Shown in pieces: positions 22,937-40,099 of a stretch of 64,000 bases of DNA; position 1 is the first letter of the stretch; each line of letters begins with the position of its first letter. A model generated the notes under the pieces. That model was given only the letters and a program-made list of their open reading frames with translations. It was not told the DNA's origin and ran no database searches. Position numbers and translations under genes: made by a program. This DNA is from the human T2T-CHM13v2.0 reference genome, Homo sapiens. The stretch lies in the NCBI RefSeq assembly GCF_009914755.1, contig NC_060926.1. The stretch is one strand, 5' to 3'.

Positions 22937-23396
22937 TTAGCCCAAATAAATCTCTCCACAGTTCCTTTAATGGTTTCTTATGAGTTTCCCAACTTCCACA
23001 GTCAGGGTCCTCTTAAAAATTAAAAAATAAAAATAAAAAAAGATAGCTTGGTTAGTGAAAAGTACAGAGAAGAAATAAGCACAACTAAATTCTAGTCCTA
23101 CCCCTGCTACTTCTTTGCTGTGTGACCTTAGACAAATCTTTCTATTTCTCATGACTCTTACAAAGGAAGTACCTTCAAGGAAAACACTGTATAAGAAATT
23201 TCAGTGTTCAAATAGCTACAGAAGTGTATTATCATCACTGTGTTAAATATAATTCATCATAGTATTCCAACTTCATAAGCATGACACCACCTCCTAAAAT
23301 TTGGGCACAATTAAGATACTTGAAAACAGGCCAGGCACGGTGGCTCACACCCATAATCCTAGCAGTTTGGGAGGCCAAGACGGGCGGATCACTTCA

Positions 23397-23969
<573 letters not shown>

Positions 23970-23983
23970 TTATTAAGAAATTA

Positions 23984-24476
23984 CAATAGTCTCCCTTATT
24001 ATCTTTGGTTTTGCTTTCCATAGTTAACCACAGTCACTATGGTCCAAAAATATTAAATGGAAAATTCCAGAAATAAACAATTCATAAGTTTTAAATTGCC
24101 ATTCCGAGTGGCATGATGAAATCTTGTGCCGTCCCGTCTAGGATGTGAATCATCCTTTTGTCCAGCATATCCAGGCTGCACATGCAACCTACCCATTAAG
24201 TCACTAAGTAGCTGTCCTGGTTATCAGATCCACTGTGGCACTACACAATGCTTGTATTCAAGTAACCCTTACTTTACCCAATAATGGCCCCAAAGTGCAA
24301 GAGCAGCGATACTAGTAATTCAGATATGCCAAAGAAAAGCTTATTTGAAGTGAAAAGGTGAAAGTTCTTAAAATAATGAGAAAAAAAACAGTATATAGGG
24401 TACAGCACTATCTGTGGTTTGAGGTATCCACTGGAAGTCTCAGAACACATTCCACTTGGATAAGGGGGGAATACTG
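23984..24476 (+). mobile_element. MER44 (Tigger7-derived) non-autonomous DNA transposon
   Basis: TIRs CAATAGTCTCCCTTAT.../...GGATAAGGGGGGAATACTG with TA flanks. Diagnostic AAATGGAAAATTCCAGAAATAAACAATTCATAAG and ATGGCCCCAAAG. Confidence 0.85.
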
Positions 24477-25064
24477 TATACCCTTTTCTCCTCAAAAGAA
24501 ATCTTACATAGAATTTCGATTCATAAAACAGGTAGAAGGCCGGGTGTGGCAGCTCATGCCTGTAATCCCAGTACTTTGGGAGGCCGAGGCAAGTGGATCA
24601 CGAGTTCAGGAGATCGAGACCATCCTGGCCAACATGGAGAAACTCTGTCTCTACTAAAAACATAAAAATTAGCTGGGCATAGTGACGCACGCCTGTAGTC
24701 CCAGGTACTCGAGAGGCTGAGGCAGGACAATCACTTGAACCTGGGAGGTGGAGGTCCAGGAAGCCAAGATCGCGCCACTGCACTCCACCCTGGCAACAGG
24801 GCGAGACTCCATCTCAAAAAAAAAAAAAGAAAAAAAAAACAGGTAAAGGTGAGCTTTTTGTTGTTGTTGTTATTTCATTCTTATTAATAAAACTTACAAG
24901 TTAGAAAAAAAGCGAGCTTTGAATTTTGAAAGAAGGTAAGAGGGGCCGGGCAGGGTGGCTCACAACTGTAATCTCAGCATTTTGGGAGGCTGAGGCAGGT
25001 GGATGACTTGAGCTCAGGAGTTCAAGACCAGCCTGGCCAACAGGATGAAACCCTGTCTCTACTA

Positions 25065-25226
<162 letters not shown>

Positions 25227-25931
25227 TCAAAAAAATAAAAAAAAAAACCCAAAACACTGAAATCTGAAATACAGAAAAAAAAACATACAATTCATTAAAT
25301 AACAAAAATATGAATGGTTAAATTTACTAGTAATTGCTTAATACATTCTCTACCAAAATAACTTTTATTTTAAGAGATGAAGTCTTGCTATGTTGCCCAG
25401 GCTAGCCTTGAATTCCAGGGCTCAAGAGATCCTCCCACCTCAGCCTCCTGAGTAGCTGGGAATACTACAGGCACACATCACCATGCCCTGCTAAAATAAC
25501 ACTTTCTAAAGGATAATATTCAAGACAGGTGAAAGTGCCCTTACACAGGCACGACTACGACTAAAAGATCAATATATCCTTTCTGGCAAGCAAACAGTAT
25601 GAAAATAATGAAAAATGTTTATATTTTTTGACACAGTAAACTCACGTCTAGAAATCTAAAAGAACCAGGGATGTAGATAAAAGATTTAAGTAGAAAGATG
25701 TACATTTGCGGCATTATTCATAATATGGGAGAACTGGAAACAGATATATTAAATTTTATATAAAATGAAATCTTATACAAAAACATGTTTTCAGCCAGAC
25801 GCGGTGGCTCACACCTGTAGTCACAGCATTTTAGGGGGCCGAGGTGGGCAGATCATGAGGTCAGGAGTTCAAGACCAGCCTGGCCAACATGGTGAAACCT
25901 CATCTCTACTAAACGTAACAAAAATTAGTCA

Positions 25932-26072
<141 letters not shown>

Positions 26073-26164
26073 TCAGGGGAAAAAAAAAAAAAAAGAAAAT
26101 CAGCCAGGCGTGGTGGCTCATGCCTGTAATCCCAGCAGTTTGGGAGGCCGAGGTGGGTGAATCA

Positions 26165-26428
<264 letters not shown>

Positions 26429-27466
26429 TCACACCCTGTAATCCCAGCACTCTGGGAGGCTGAGGCAAGCGGATCACTTGAGGCCAGGAGTTTGAGACCA
26501 GCCTGACCAACATGGCGAAACCCCATCTCTACTAAATATACAAAAATTAGCCCGGCATGATGGCACATGCCTATAATCCCAGCTACTTGGGAGGGTGAGG
26601 CACAAGAACTGCTTGAGCCCCCCAAGGCAGAGGGTGCAGTGAGCCGAGACTGTACCAATGCACTCCAGCCTGGGAGACAGAGGGAAACTGTTTCCCAAAA
26701 AAAAAAAAAAAAGGCAGCCAGGTGTGCTGGTATACACACCTATAGTCCCTGCTACTCAGGAGGGTGAGACAGGAAAATCACTTGAGCCCAGGAGGTCAAG
26801 TTATAGTAAGCAATAATCACTTCATTGCACTCCAGCCTGGATGACAGAATAAGACTCCATCTCCAAAGGGGGGAAAAAAATTCCAACTTTAGATTAAATG
26901 TCTACTGAAAAAGTTATGTTACTAATTGATTTCGTACCTATATACTCATAGTATCTAAAAAGCTCTGGAAACATGTAGTTTTATTAAACGGTTCACTGCA
27001 GAATAACAGTATTAAGAAAGATTCTCAGCCGGGTACAGCATACCCCAACACTTTGGGAGGCTGAGGCAGGAGCATCACTTGAGCCCAGGAGCTTGAGGCT
27101 GCAGTGAGCTATAATTGGGCCACTGCACCCCAGCATGGGTGATACACTGTCTCTTAAAAAATAATCAAAAATCAAAAAATTTGAAATTTTATTCAATGAA
27201 AAAGATTCTTATTCAGCTATACTTATTACCACTTTTGAATTCCTACTACAATTATCACAGAAATTTGTCTGAATTTTTGAAGATACATAAAACACGGTCA
27301 GTAATTTTCACTTTGCCAACTGAACAGTGGTGATTCAGATAGATCATCATAAAATTTATACAATGTTAACTAGTAAGAACTTTTAGGCCAGGCAGGATGG
27401 CTCACACCCCTAAACCCAACACTTTGGGAGGCCAAGGGAGGCGGATTACCTGGGGTCAGGAATTCA

Positions 27467-27685
<219 letters not shown>

Positions 27686-29550
27686 TTAGCCTAATCTGGG
27701 ATTAAGTCCTGTGGTTCCACCAAACAGTCACATGTGACCCTAAGCAAGTCACATAAATTCTCTAAACCTTAGTTCCCTCATCTGAAAAGGATGACAGAGT
27801 ACCTCCCTCAAAGAACTGATTAAATCAGCAGCATGCAAAGCATGTAAAGTACTTAAGTACCCAACACAAACTATTCAATAAAGTAATCTGCTTTAAAAAT
27901 AAAACACACTGAAAGGCCGAGGCAGGTGGATCACCTGACATCATTAGTTCAAGACCAGCGTGGCCAAACTGGTGAAAATTAGTCTCGACTAAAAATACAA
28001 ACATTAGCTGGGCGTGGTGGCAGGCGCCTCTAATTCCAGCTACTCAGGAGGATGAGGCAGGAGAATCACTTGAAGCAAGGAGGTGGAAGTTGCAGTGAGC
28101 TGAGATCGTGCCATTGCACTGCAGCCTGGGCAACAGAGCGAGACTCCGTCTCAAAAACACCACCACCAACAAAATAAACACAACAGAATTATTCTGCAAA
28201 TACAGATATTGGAGTAGCTGAGTTCCATCTCAAATTTGACTATGCAGGTTGACAGGTGATCTTGGCAAACTACTTATCCTTTCTGAAGTTCAACTTTTTC
28301 ACCAAATGGTATTGGGATACAACACTTGCTCTTGCCTATCTCACATGAATTATCCATTTTGGACAACTTGGTAAACTATAACCCACCAAACGAATACACA
28401 GAGTAAAATCTACAACACATAAGTGGTTTAAAACAATGACGTACACCAGGCGTGGTGGCTCACGCCTGTAGTCCCAGGAGGCGGAGGTTGCAGTGAGCCC
28501 AAGATCGCACCACTGCACTCCAGCCTGGGCGAAAGAGCGAGACTCCGTCTCAAAAAAAAAAAAAAAAAAAAAAAAAGAGGTACTATGTAATTTTCACTCT
28601 GCTTTCAGAGAAATTTACCTTACGAGGTAAATAACCTCAGTTTACTAGTGAGTTTGCTATGGTGATGGCCTAAAGCATGTAATTTTAAGCCTCCAACTCC
28701 TCACCAAGATCTAGAAATGCTTTGGCCTTTGTAAACTGGTTCACAAAAGTAACTACAAAAGCAGTTATCAGACAAACTCAACAGAACAAGCAGAGGAACA
28801 GAAATTTAAAATTTACCCTAAACAGAATGTAATCCCACAAAATGATAACAGCAAAATTTACTCAATACATCCAAGCTTTTTAAATGTTTTTAAAATGAAG
28901 CATTAAAAGAAAATGGCAAGTCCAGTATTTTAGTATTGTTGGGATTGGTTATTCTAACACTAAAGCCAAATATGATTTTGAAATGTAGTTTCAACTTTTA
29001 TGATATGTGTCAAGATTATATTTAAAAAGGGTGGGTGTGGTGGGGCAAGGGTACTTATGATAGGATCCTTAGTCTGGTTCCAGGAACAAACTTCAACGGG
29101 TCCTCAACCTGTAAGCACAATTCTGTGTCTGTATGCCTCTGCATGTTTCCACAGTGAAAGTTTACAGCTTCAGATTCTCAGGACTAGAGGTATAACTAAT
29201 AATATTAATACTCTCACCAAAAACTGATGACAAAACGAACTGTTCATAATCTGTTACTTTTAACGATACTGCATTCTGCCAAACTTTAAACATTCCACAT
29301 TAAGTCCTTACTCTTATCAAAAAGTCTGTGCATATCTAATACAAAGCTATACTACCCACACTTGTGTCTACCCTTTCATTTAAAACACAATTAACTGGCC
29401 AGGCATGGTAGCTCATGCCTGTAATTCCAGTACTTGGGGAGGCTGAGGCAGGAGAATGGCTTCAGACCAGGAGTTTGAGACCAGCCTGGGCAACAATGCA
29501 AGGCCCTGTCTCTATTAATAAACAAAAACACGGCTAGGCACGGTGGCTCA

Positions 29551-30450
<900 letters not shown>

Positions 30451-30846
30451 TAAACAAAATTTTTAGGCCAGGCATGCTGGCTCACTCCTGTAATTGCAGC
30501 ACTTTGGGAGGTACAGGCAGGCAGATCCCCTGAGGTCAGGAGTTTGAGACAAGCCTGGCCAACATGGCAAAATCCCACCTCTACTAAAAATACAAAAATT
30601 AGCCAGGCAAGGAGGCGGGTGCCTGTAGTCTCAGTTACTCAGGAGGCTGAGGCAGAAGAATCACTTGAATCCGGGAGGTGGAGGTTGCAGCTAGCCGACA
30701 CTGCATTCCAGCCTGGGTGAGAGTTAGACTCCGTGTCAAAAAAAAAAAAAAAAATTTATTACACTCGTTTGCCCAGGTAGCCTTCTCTAAGTGTGATCAC
30801 TGTTTGTTAATTTCACAAGAAACAGTGTTTTTGGTTTGTTTTTTCA

Positions 30847-31257
<411 letters not shown>

Positions 31258-32201
31258 TTACAGGGGCGCACCACCACGTCTGACTGTTTTGTGAGGTTGC
31301 TTTAATACTAATTACGTATTTTTCAGCATGACCTGGAAACACACCACCCAAAAATATGCACAATTTTATTGCTTCTCTCAGCTGGCTAAACTGTTACAGG
31401 GTGTCGTATTTAAAGATGAATTCTGAGCACATTTTGGGAGGACTGTAACTTTGTTTTTTTTTTTTTTTTTTTTTTGAGATGGAGTCTTGTTCTGTGGCCT
31501 AGGCTGGAGTGCAGTGGCATGATCTCGGCTCACGGCAACCTCCGCCTACCAGGGTTCAAGCAATTCTCCTGCCTCAGCCTCCCAAGTAGCTGGGACTACA
31601 GATGCCTACACCACCACACCCGGCTAATTGGTGAATTTTTAGTAGAGATGGGGTTTCACCATATTGGCCAGGCTGGTCTCGAGCTCCTGACCTTGTGATC
31701 CGCCCACCTCGGCCTCCCAAAGTGTTGGGAATACAGGCGTGAGCTGTATTCAGAGTTGCCCGGCCAACTCTGAATTTCTAAATCAACGTTGAACTGATGC
31801 TCATCTTTGTACAAGGTACAGGCGGGAAAAGGGCAGACTTTATAGGTAATTACTGCAAATGAGATCACAAGAAACACATATAATCTACTTCAACAAGTTT
31901 TATCAAGCTCCAACCACTCATGTTCATTATCATGCTCCATCATAGCCACGGATAAGCAAAGAACTACAGAAAAAAAAACAACTTTTAATAGTGTGGTATA
32001 AACTACACATGTAATTGTTGAAGTAAAAAAAATGTTTTTTGAGACAAAGTTTCGCTCTTGTTGCCCAGGCTGGAGTGCAATGGCACAATCTCGGCTCACT
32101 GCAACCTCCGCCTCCGGGTTCAAGCAATTCTCCTGGTCAGCCTCCCCAGTAGCTGGGATTACAAGCATGTGCCACCACGCTCAGCTAATTTTGTATTTTG
32201 A

Positions 32202-32321
<120 letters not shown>

Positions 32322-32827
32322 TAAATTTTTTTAAAAAGGAAGCATCACTGTGAGATTATTGTTTAAGAGTTAAACTTTTAAATTGAGCCTCAAAGGCAAT
32401 ATTAAGAAACTAAGTATTTTTAGAGTCCACTGGCTTACACACAAATAGAAAATCCTTACTTGTTCATTAGAACAGGTTTCTTAGAGGGTGCACATGACCA
32501 GATTTTGAGAAGCTGGTTGAACTAACTGTATTTGCTTAAAGGTAATAAAAGCTAAATTCTATTTCAATTCTCCACATTTCTAACACTCCATAAATGCACT
32601 GCATTTTTCAGTGCTTCTAACCAAAGTTCTAGGGGTTTCCCAGATAATCTTAAATAAGACCTTTCATTATGATCAAGATGCCACCTCTTTTCAAAAGATA
32701 AACCAACTTTACTTTCTTTAGATGTTTTGTTTAAAATTTTCCAAGTTTAAGATATTTTAAAATCAGCCAGGCGCAGTGGCTCACGCCTGTAATCCCAGCA
32801 CTTTGGGAGGCCGAGGCAGGCGGATCA

Positions 32828-33043
<216 letters not shown>

Positions 33044-34487
33044 TCAAGAAAAAAAAAAGATATTTAAAATCACCAACAAAATTAAGTACTTGTTCCTCAT
33101 ATTACATTGCAAAACGATTAACTTTCCAAGTTGAGCGTAACAATCATAATCACACGACTTGTATGTGAGATATAAAACACAGTAAGTATTCAGGATTTAA
33201 GTTTATCATATCGTAAACCGCCTGCGCCAGAAATAAAAGTATCTCAAAATACACACAAATAATCTTAAAATTCTAGGATAATTTAGGGTGACACAAATAC
33301 TGGAACCTCTAGTTGGAATATGTGCAAAAGCCTATTCCACCTATCAGGAAGTAAATACGGAGTTGAAATTAAGTTAGAACCCTTCCACTTTTATTATTGT
33401 CTTTGGTCATTAAAGTGACAGTCAAACACAAATACCATGGTACATTTTATAAATCAACTGTTTTAGCGAATTGTATTACAAAATTAGATAGTCTGAAAGT
33501 CTGTGGAAATATCACAAACAGAATACAAATCCAAAACCCACATAAACTGTTCATAAGTGAGCATTTTTTCAACAATCAACTTTTTGTAAATTGATCCCTT
33601 CATCTAATTCACCTCTGCCAACTAGGCCTTTACGCCCAGAAGTAGTTGATTTGCAATATATCTTCTATAAGCTGAAATACCATCTTGCAAGGGTCGAGAA
33701 TAAAATAAAAAGGCCAGAAAAGATCAACGTACCCTTTTTAATAATAAAAAGTAAAGTACCAGGTAAAAGGCCTTTCCTTCCAAGAGAGATAGGCCATAAC
33801 TATCCCGGGATGGTATGTGTAGTACAGTGCTCTGCTTAACAGAATGTACCATTAAAGCGGTGAATGCTACACTAAGAAACATCATTAACAAATTTATTTT
33901 AAAAATAGGTATGAAGGTTCCAATCATCACTATCACAGTTCGTTTTCAGCTATTTAAGGTCTGGCTGAAGTGTTTAAGACACCCACAAACCCGCAAGGGA
34001 GGGAAAAACCACCACCCTGCTCCCGGGAGTTTAATGAAAATTAGCAGGTAAGAGAGGCCTCGGCAGCACGCTGAAAATCAAAGAGGGCGGCCGGAGGATT
34101 TGGACTGCGGAGGAAAGCCTCGTCCTCCGACCCCACCTCCCCGCACCTTCCCGGCAGGGCGAAGGAGGCGAAGGCGGCGAGGGGTTCATTACTGCCTTCA
34201 TTAATTGACACCTGTAATGAGGAAACTTTCCGAGAGCCCAGAGCGCCCGGGCCAGGCCGAGCCGGAGCTCCGCGGCGGCCGCCTCTCGGGCGCCCAGGTA
34301 ACCCGGCCGGGCTGGGCCCGAGGCGCCGCGGCGGCCGCGCCACCGCGCACCTTCCCGGGGCGCTAGGCCCGCACGCCGCCCGGCCCGGCCGTCGCCTCCC
34401 GCAGGCCGCGGCAGCCCGGGGAGGCCAGAGAGCTGCGCGAGGACCCCAAACCGTGCACCCCGACAGGCCGCTACCGCGGCTACTTAC

Positions 34488-34530
34488 TTTCATTTAACAC
34501 CTCCACCAGGTCTGCGCAGTTCTCGCACAT
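34488..34530 (-). CDS. USP34: USP34 (ubiquitin carboxyl-terminal hydrolase 34) first coding exon, 43 nt
   Basis: Minus strand reads ATG TGC GAG AAC TGC GCA GAC CTG GTG GAG GTG TTA AAT GAA A|GTAAGT = MCENCADLVEVLNE, the USP34 N-terminus as I recall it. USP34 is the known neighbour of XPO1. Confidence 0.95.
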
Positions 34531-34861
34531 CGTTCGGCCGCCGCCCCCCCCCTCCCCCGCTTCGGATCACACTGACTGATCCCGACCGGCGGGGGGGAGG
34601 GGAGAGAGGCGGAGGAGGGGGCCGGCCGGCCGGCGGGGCGGGGAGGCGACTAGGGCGGGCGGCGGCGGGGACGGGGCGGGGAGCAAGAGAATGGGGGAGG
34701 GGGCCGGCGGTCCCCGCAGCGGGAGGGGGAGAGGAGGGGAGCGAGGGGAGGTGCGCAGGCCGGAGGGGCGCCGAGGCGCCGGCGGCGGGGAAGGGGGGGA
34801 AGGACGGGGGGAGGGGAGAGGGGGGGAGGGGGCGGGTGGGGAGAGAAGCAGCAGAGTCACT

Positions 34862-34903
34862 TCACTGACCAGACGCCGCGGCCACCGCCGACGCCGCCGC
34901 CAT
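34862..34903 (-). other. Candidate uORF MAAASAVAAASGQ* in the USP34 5' leader
   Basis: AAA ATG G context and TGA at 34864-34862. It is only a uORF if the TSS lies at a coordinate above 34903. Confidence 0.55.
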
Positions 34904-35362
34904 TTTAACAGAGCGCTCGGGCTGCGCTCGGCTCTTTCCGCCCGGGCTTAGGAGCGGACGAGAGGCGCCTCGCGCTCTCATTCCTCCGCCTCCCTCCCTT
35001 TCTCGCCTCTCCTCCGCCCCCCACCTCTCCCTCCGCACACACGCCGCACGCTCCACACCCCGCCGTGGCCGGCTCGCCGCCCTCCCTTTCCTCTTCCGTC
35101 CGGCCTCCCCGCCCTCGGTCCACCCCCTCCGCGCGCTCGCCCACCCCGCCCAGCCCGGATCTCTGTCAGCGGCCGGAAGGGAAACGCGAAGCCAGCGCGG
35201 CCGCGGGGGGAGTCCGGGTGAGTAGGAGAAGATGGCGGAGGCAACGGACGGGTCGCGGTTGCGTGGCGTCGCCCACCACGACCCACTCCACGGGCTCTGA
35301 GGCCCGGGGAGCGCCAGGTCACTCGCTCCGTCCTGTCCCCCGCCCCTGGGCTTCGCCATTTT
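34896..35362. promoter_or_regulatory. Three YY1 consensus sites: 34896-34906 (-), 35229-35238 (+), 35354-35362 (-)
   Basis: GCCGCCATTTT, AAGATGGCGG and CGCCATTTT match the YY1 motif AANATGGCG. Confidence 0.7.
35030..35217 (+). ncRNA. Probable first exon of a divergent lncRNA (USP34-DT-like); start approximate
   Basis: Strong plus-strand donor CGG|GTGAGT at 35217/35218 inside the CpG island. I recall an annotated divergent transcript here but cannot verify its structure. Confidence 0.45.
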
Positions 35363-36284
35363 TCCCCAGGGCCTGGGTCGGGGAGTTGGTGCGGGTTTCT
35401 TTGGTGTCCCCGGCCTCTTCCGCGCTTAGGCTTTTGGGGTACGGGAAGCAAGGAGTCAACTTGGGTGCCGGGCCGGGTCTACGCCGTAGCCCTCTTTCGG
35501 GCGCAAGGGCCACTCCCCCCGGGGTCTGAGAGTGAATCAGCCCAGGGCCCGGCTTAACTGCATCGGTGATTATCGCTACCCTGCAGTTCCTTGAAGGTCC
35601 TCCGTCCTGGAGCAGTAAGATCCTTGACGTAACTAGAAATGGCAGGGTAAGGAGTGTTTGCCTGACATCGTCTCCTTTTTACGGAAGAGGGCCCCTCACG
35701 ATGTGCCCATCAGCCCCACCTGAAATAGCAAGAAATCTTCTTCAGCAGAGAGCGAATAACAAGGATATTAAGATAAAGAACAGGTGAAGGGGGCAGTCAG
35801 CTGAAGCTTGTAAGGGAATTTTCCTCACGCCGGCACTTACCCCTTGCTTGCTAATTTTTGTGTTCAACGTGTTTACATAGACATGTGACTGCAAAGTCCG
35901 AAAGATCGTGTACAGAATCTCTGAACGGTAACCAGAGTGTCTGTCAAGGCTCTGTAGTCATTCTCTCGATAGCTTTTGTGGAGGTTATGGCACGCCCATC
36001 TCTCCATGCCAGAACCACCTGGTTCCAAATGCTTTGCCTTTCTGCTGCTTGAAGTTGATACTATAAACAGTCTGCCCAACCCGTTTTGTTTCCCACTAGC
36101 AGGTGATCCTTAGGATTGTAGTTCTATTCTACCATCATCTTCCCTTCTTCCTTGTCTTTCTCACAGAATTGGGTTTTTGCAGACTTACTTTGGATCCTGA
36201 GGCAGACATTCGTTGTCCACTCAACATACATTCCCACGTATCCCTTTTTTCCCTGCCAACACAACCCCAATTATTTTTATTTGA

Positions 36285-36638
<354 letters not shown>

Positions 36639-36883
36639 TGAGTTCCTCCTGATAAAAGGTAAGCAACAATCCTGAGAAACATAGTGGGAGCCCTGTGTCT
36701 ACAAAAATTTAAAAGGTGGCTGGGCGCGTTGGCTCACTCCTGAAATCCCGCACTTAGGGAGGCTGAGGTGAGCAAATCACCTGAGGTCGGGAGCTCTAGA
36801 CCGGCCTGACCAACATGGACAAAGCTCATCTCTGCTAAAAATACAAAATTAGGCATGGTGGTGCATGCCTGTAATCCCAGCTA

Positions 36884-37078
<195 letters not shown>

Positions 37079-37104
37079 TCAGGAGATTGAGACCATCCTG
37101 GCTA

Positions 37105-37443
<339 letters not shown>

Positions 37444-37450
37444 TTAGTGG

Positions 37451-37912
<462 letters not shown>

Positions 37913-39147
37913 CTAATACGATGAGGGACAAATTCAGCTAACATACCATTTAACCCTTTCTGCCTGAAACATGGTCTTGATGCACAAAGTAATACCCATC
38001 TTGTAATTTTTTTAACAATGAAAACTTTTACCCCATTTGCGATTTCATTGTTTAAAAAATTTGATTAAACAGGCCGGGCACAGTGGCTCACGCCTGTAAT
38101 CCCAACACTTTGGGAGGCTGAGGCAGGTGGATCACCTGAGGTCAGAGTTCAAGACCAGCCTTACCTACATGCTGAAACCCCATCTCTTCTAAAAATATAA
38201 AAAATGAGCCGGGTGTGGTGGCGGGCACTTTGTAATCCCAGCTACTCGGGAGGCTGAGGCTGGAGAATTGCTTGAACCCGGGGGTGGAGGTTGCAGTGAG
38301 CCGAGATTCTGCCATTGCACTCCAGCCTGGGCAACAAGAGCAAAAAAAATTCCATCTCGAAAAAAAATGATAAAACAGAATCATAAAGTGTGGATCCCTG
38401 ATGCATCTTTGAACAACAGTCTATGCTCAGACTGCTTATGTGAGAAAAATAAAATGTATTTTTCTTGGCTGGGCATGGTGGCCTACACCTGTATTCCCAG
38501 AACTTTGAGAGGCTAAGGAGGGCAGATCACTTGAGGACAGGAGTTAGAGACCGGCCTGGCCAACGTAATGAAACCCATCTCTACTAAAAATACAAAAATT
38601 AGGCTGGGCGCAATGGCTCACGCCTGTACTCCCAGCACTTTGGGAGGGGGAGGTGGGCAGAACACAAGGTCAGGAGTTCAAGACCAGCCTGGCCAACGTA
38701 GTGAAGCCTCGTCTCTACTAAAAATACAAAAATTAGCCGGGTTTGATGGCGCATGCCTATAGTCCCAACTACTTGGGAGGCTGAGGCAAGAGAATTGCTT
38801 GAACCCAGGAGGCAGAAGTTGCAGTGAGCCAAGATCGCACCAGTGCACTCCAGCCTCGGCGACAGAGCAAGACTCCGTCTCAAAAAAAAAAAAAAGCCGG
38901 TTGTGGTGGAGGGCACCTGTAATCCCAGCCACTCAGAAGGCTGAGGCAGGAGAATCCCTTGAACCCGGGAGGCAGAGGTTGCAGTGAGCTGCAGTTGCCA
39001 CTGCACTCCAGCCTGGATGACAGAGCAAGACTCCTCAAAAAAGTTCTTTTTCTTTAAGCCATTCTTCAGATTTTCGTTACTTGTAACCAAACACATTTCT
39101 AACTACTGATTACAGATACTCTTTTTTTTTTTTTTTTTTTTTTTTGA

Positions 39148-39246
<99 letters not shown>

Positions 39247-40099
39247 TGAGTAGCTGGGACTACAGGTGCCACCACCACACCTGTCTACTTTTTTGTATTT
39301 TTAGTAGAGATGGGGTTTCTCCATGTTGGTCAGGCTGGTCTCGAACTCCCACCCTCAGGTGATCCGCCCGCCTCGGCCTCCTAAAGTGCTGTGATTACAG
39401 GCGTGAGCCACCGCGCCTGGCCAAGTGTGTATAACTGTTGATCAACATTTTGAAGACCAGTTATGACAGTTAAATTATTTGCCACAACTCAAATGAACAG
39501 CAGAGCACTTTATCACAAACTAACATTCACCCTGGAATGTACTGTACAGTCAACCTATTCTGTCTCCTTCCATCTCTCCATTCCTATGCCTTTCATCTTT
39601 TTATTTTATTTTAATTTTTTTTTGAGATGGAGTCTTGCTCTGCTGCCCAGGGTGGAGTGCAGTGGCGCAATCTCGGCTCACTGCAAGCTCTGCCTCCTGG
39701 GTTCAAGCGATTCACCTGCCTCAGCCTCCTAAATAGCTGGGATTACAGATGTGTGCCATCACATTGGGCTAATATTTATATTTTTAGTAGAGACAGGGAT
39801 CTTACTATGTTGCCCAGGCTGTTCTTGAACTCGGTCTCAAGTGATCCACCCACCTCAGCCTCCCAAAGTGATGGGATTACAGGTATGAGCCACCAGCCCT
39901 GGCCTAAATTTAAAAAAAAGGGTATTCCTATGTTGCCCAGACTGGTCTCGAACTCCTGAGCTCCAGCAATCCTCCCACCTGCCAAAGTGCTAGGATTACA
40001 GTTGAGCCACTGCACCCCACAGAGATCTCACTGTGTTGCCCAGGCTGCAGTGCAGTGACAATTCATAGGCCCAGCATGCTTTGAACGGCATGCTTTGAG

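Larger units (their letters stand above)
34060..35545. promoter_or_regulatory. USP34: CpG island, bidirectional promoter of USP34
   Basis: Very high GC and CpG content. Contains the first coding exon, GC boxes, an ETS motif CCGGAAG (35173-35179) and three YY1 motifs. Confidence 0.93.

Noticed and set aside
28613-28632. 8-bp hairpin ATTTACCT-TACG-AGGTAAAT
   Set aside because: The stem is short and AT-rich, without the C-G closing pair of stable UNCG loops; compatible with chance.
29055-29125. Acceptor-like TTGTGCTTACAG|G on the minus strand as a possible USP34 cassette exon or recursive site
   Set aside because: There is no convincing matching donor and no USP34-like reading frame.
34041-35529. 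Long Pro/Arg/Gly-rich ORFs (up to 165 aa) on both strands of the CpG island
   Set aside because: Expected from stop-codon scarcity in GC-rich DNA. They are low complexity with no recognisable domain.
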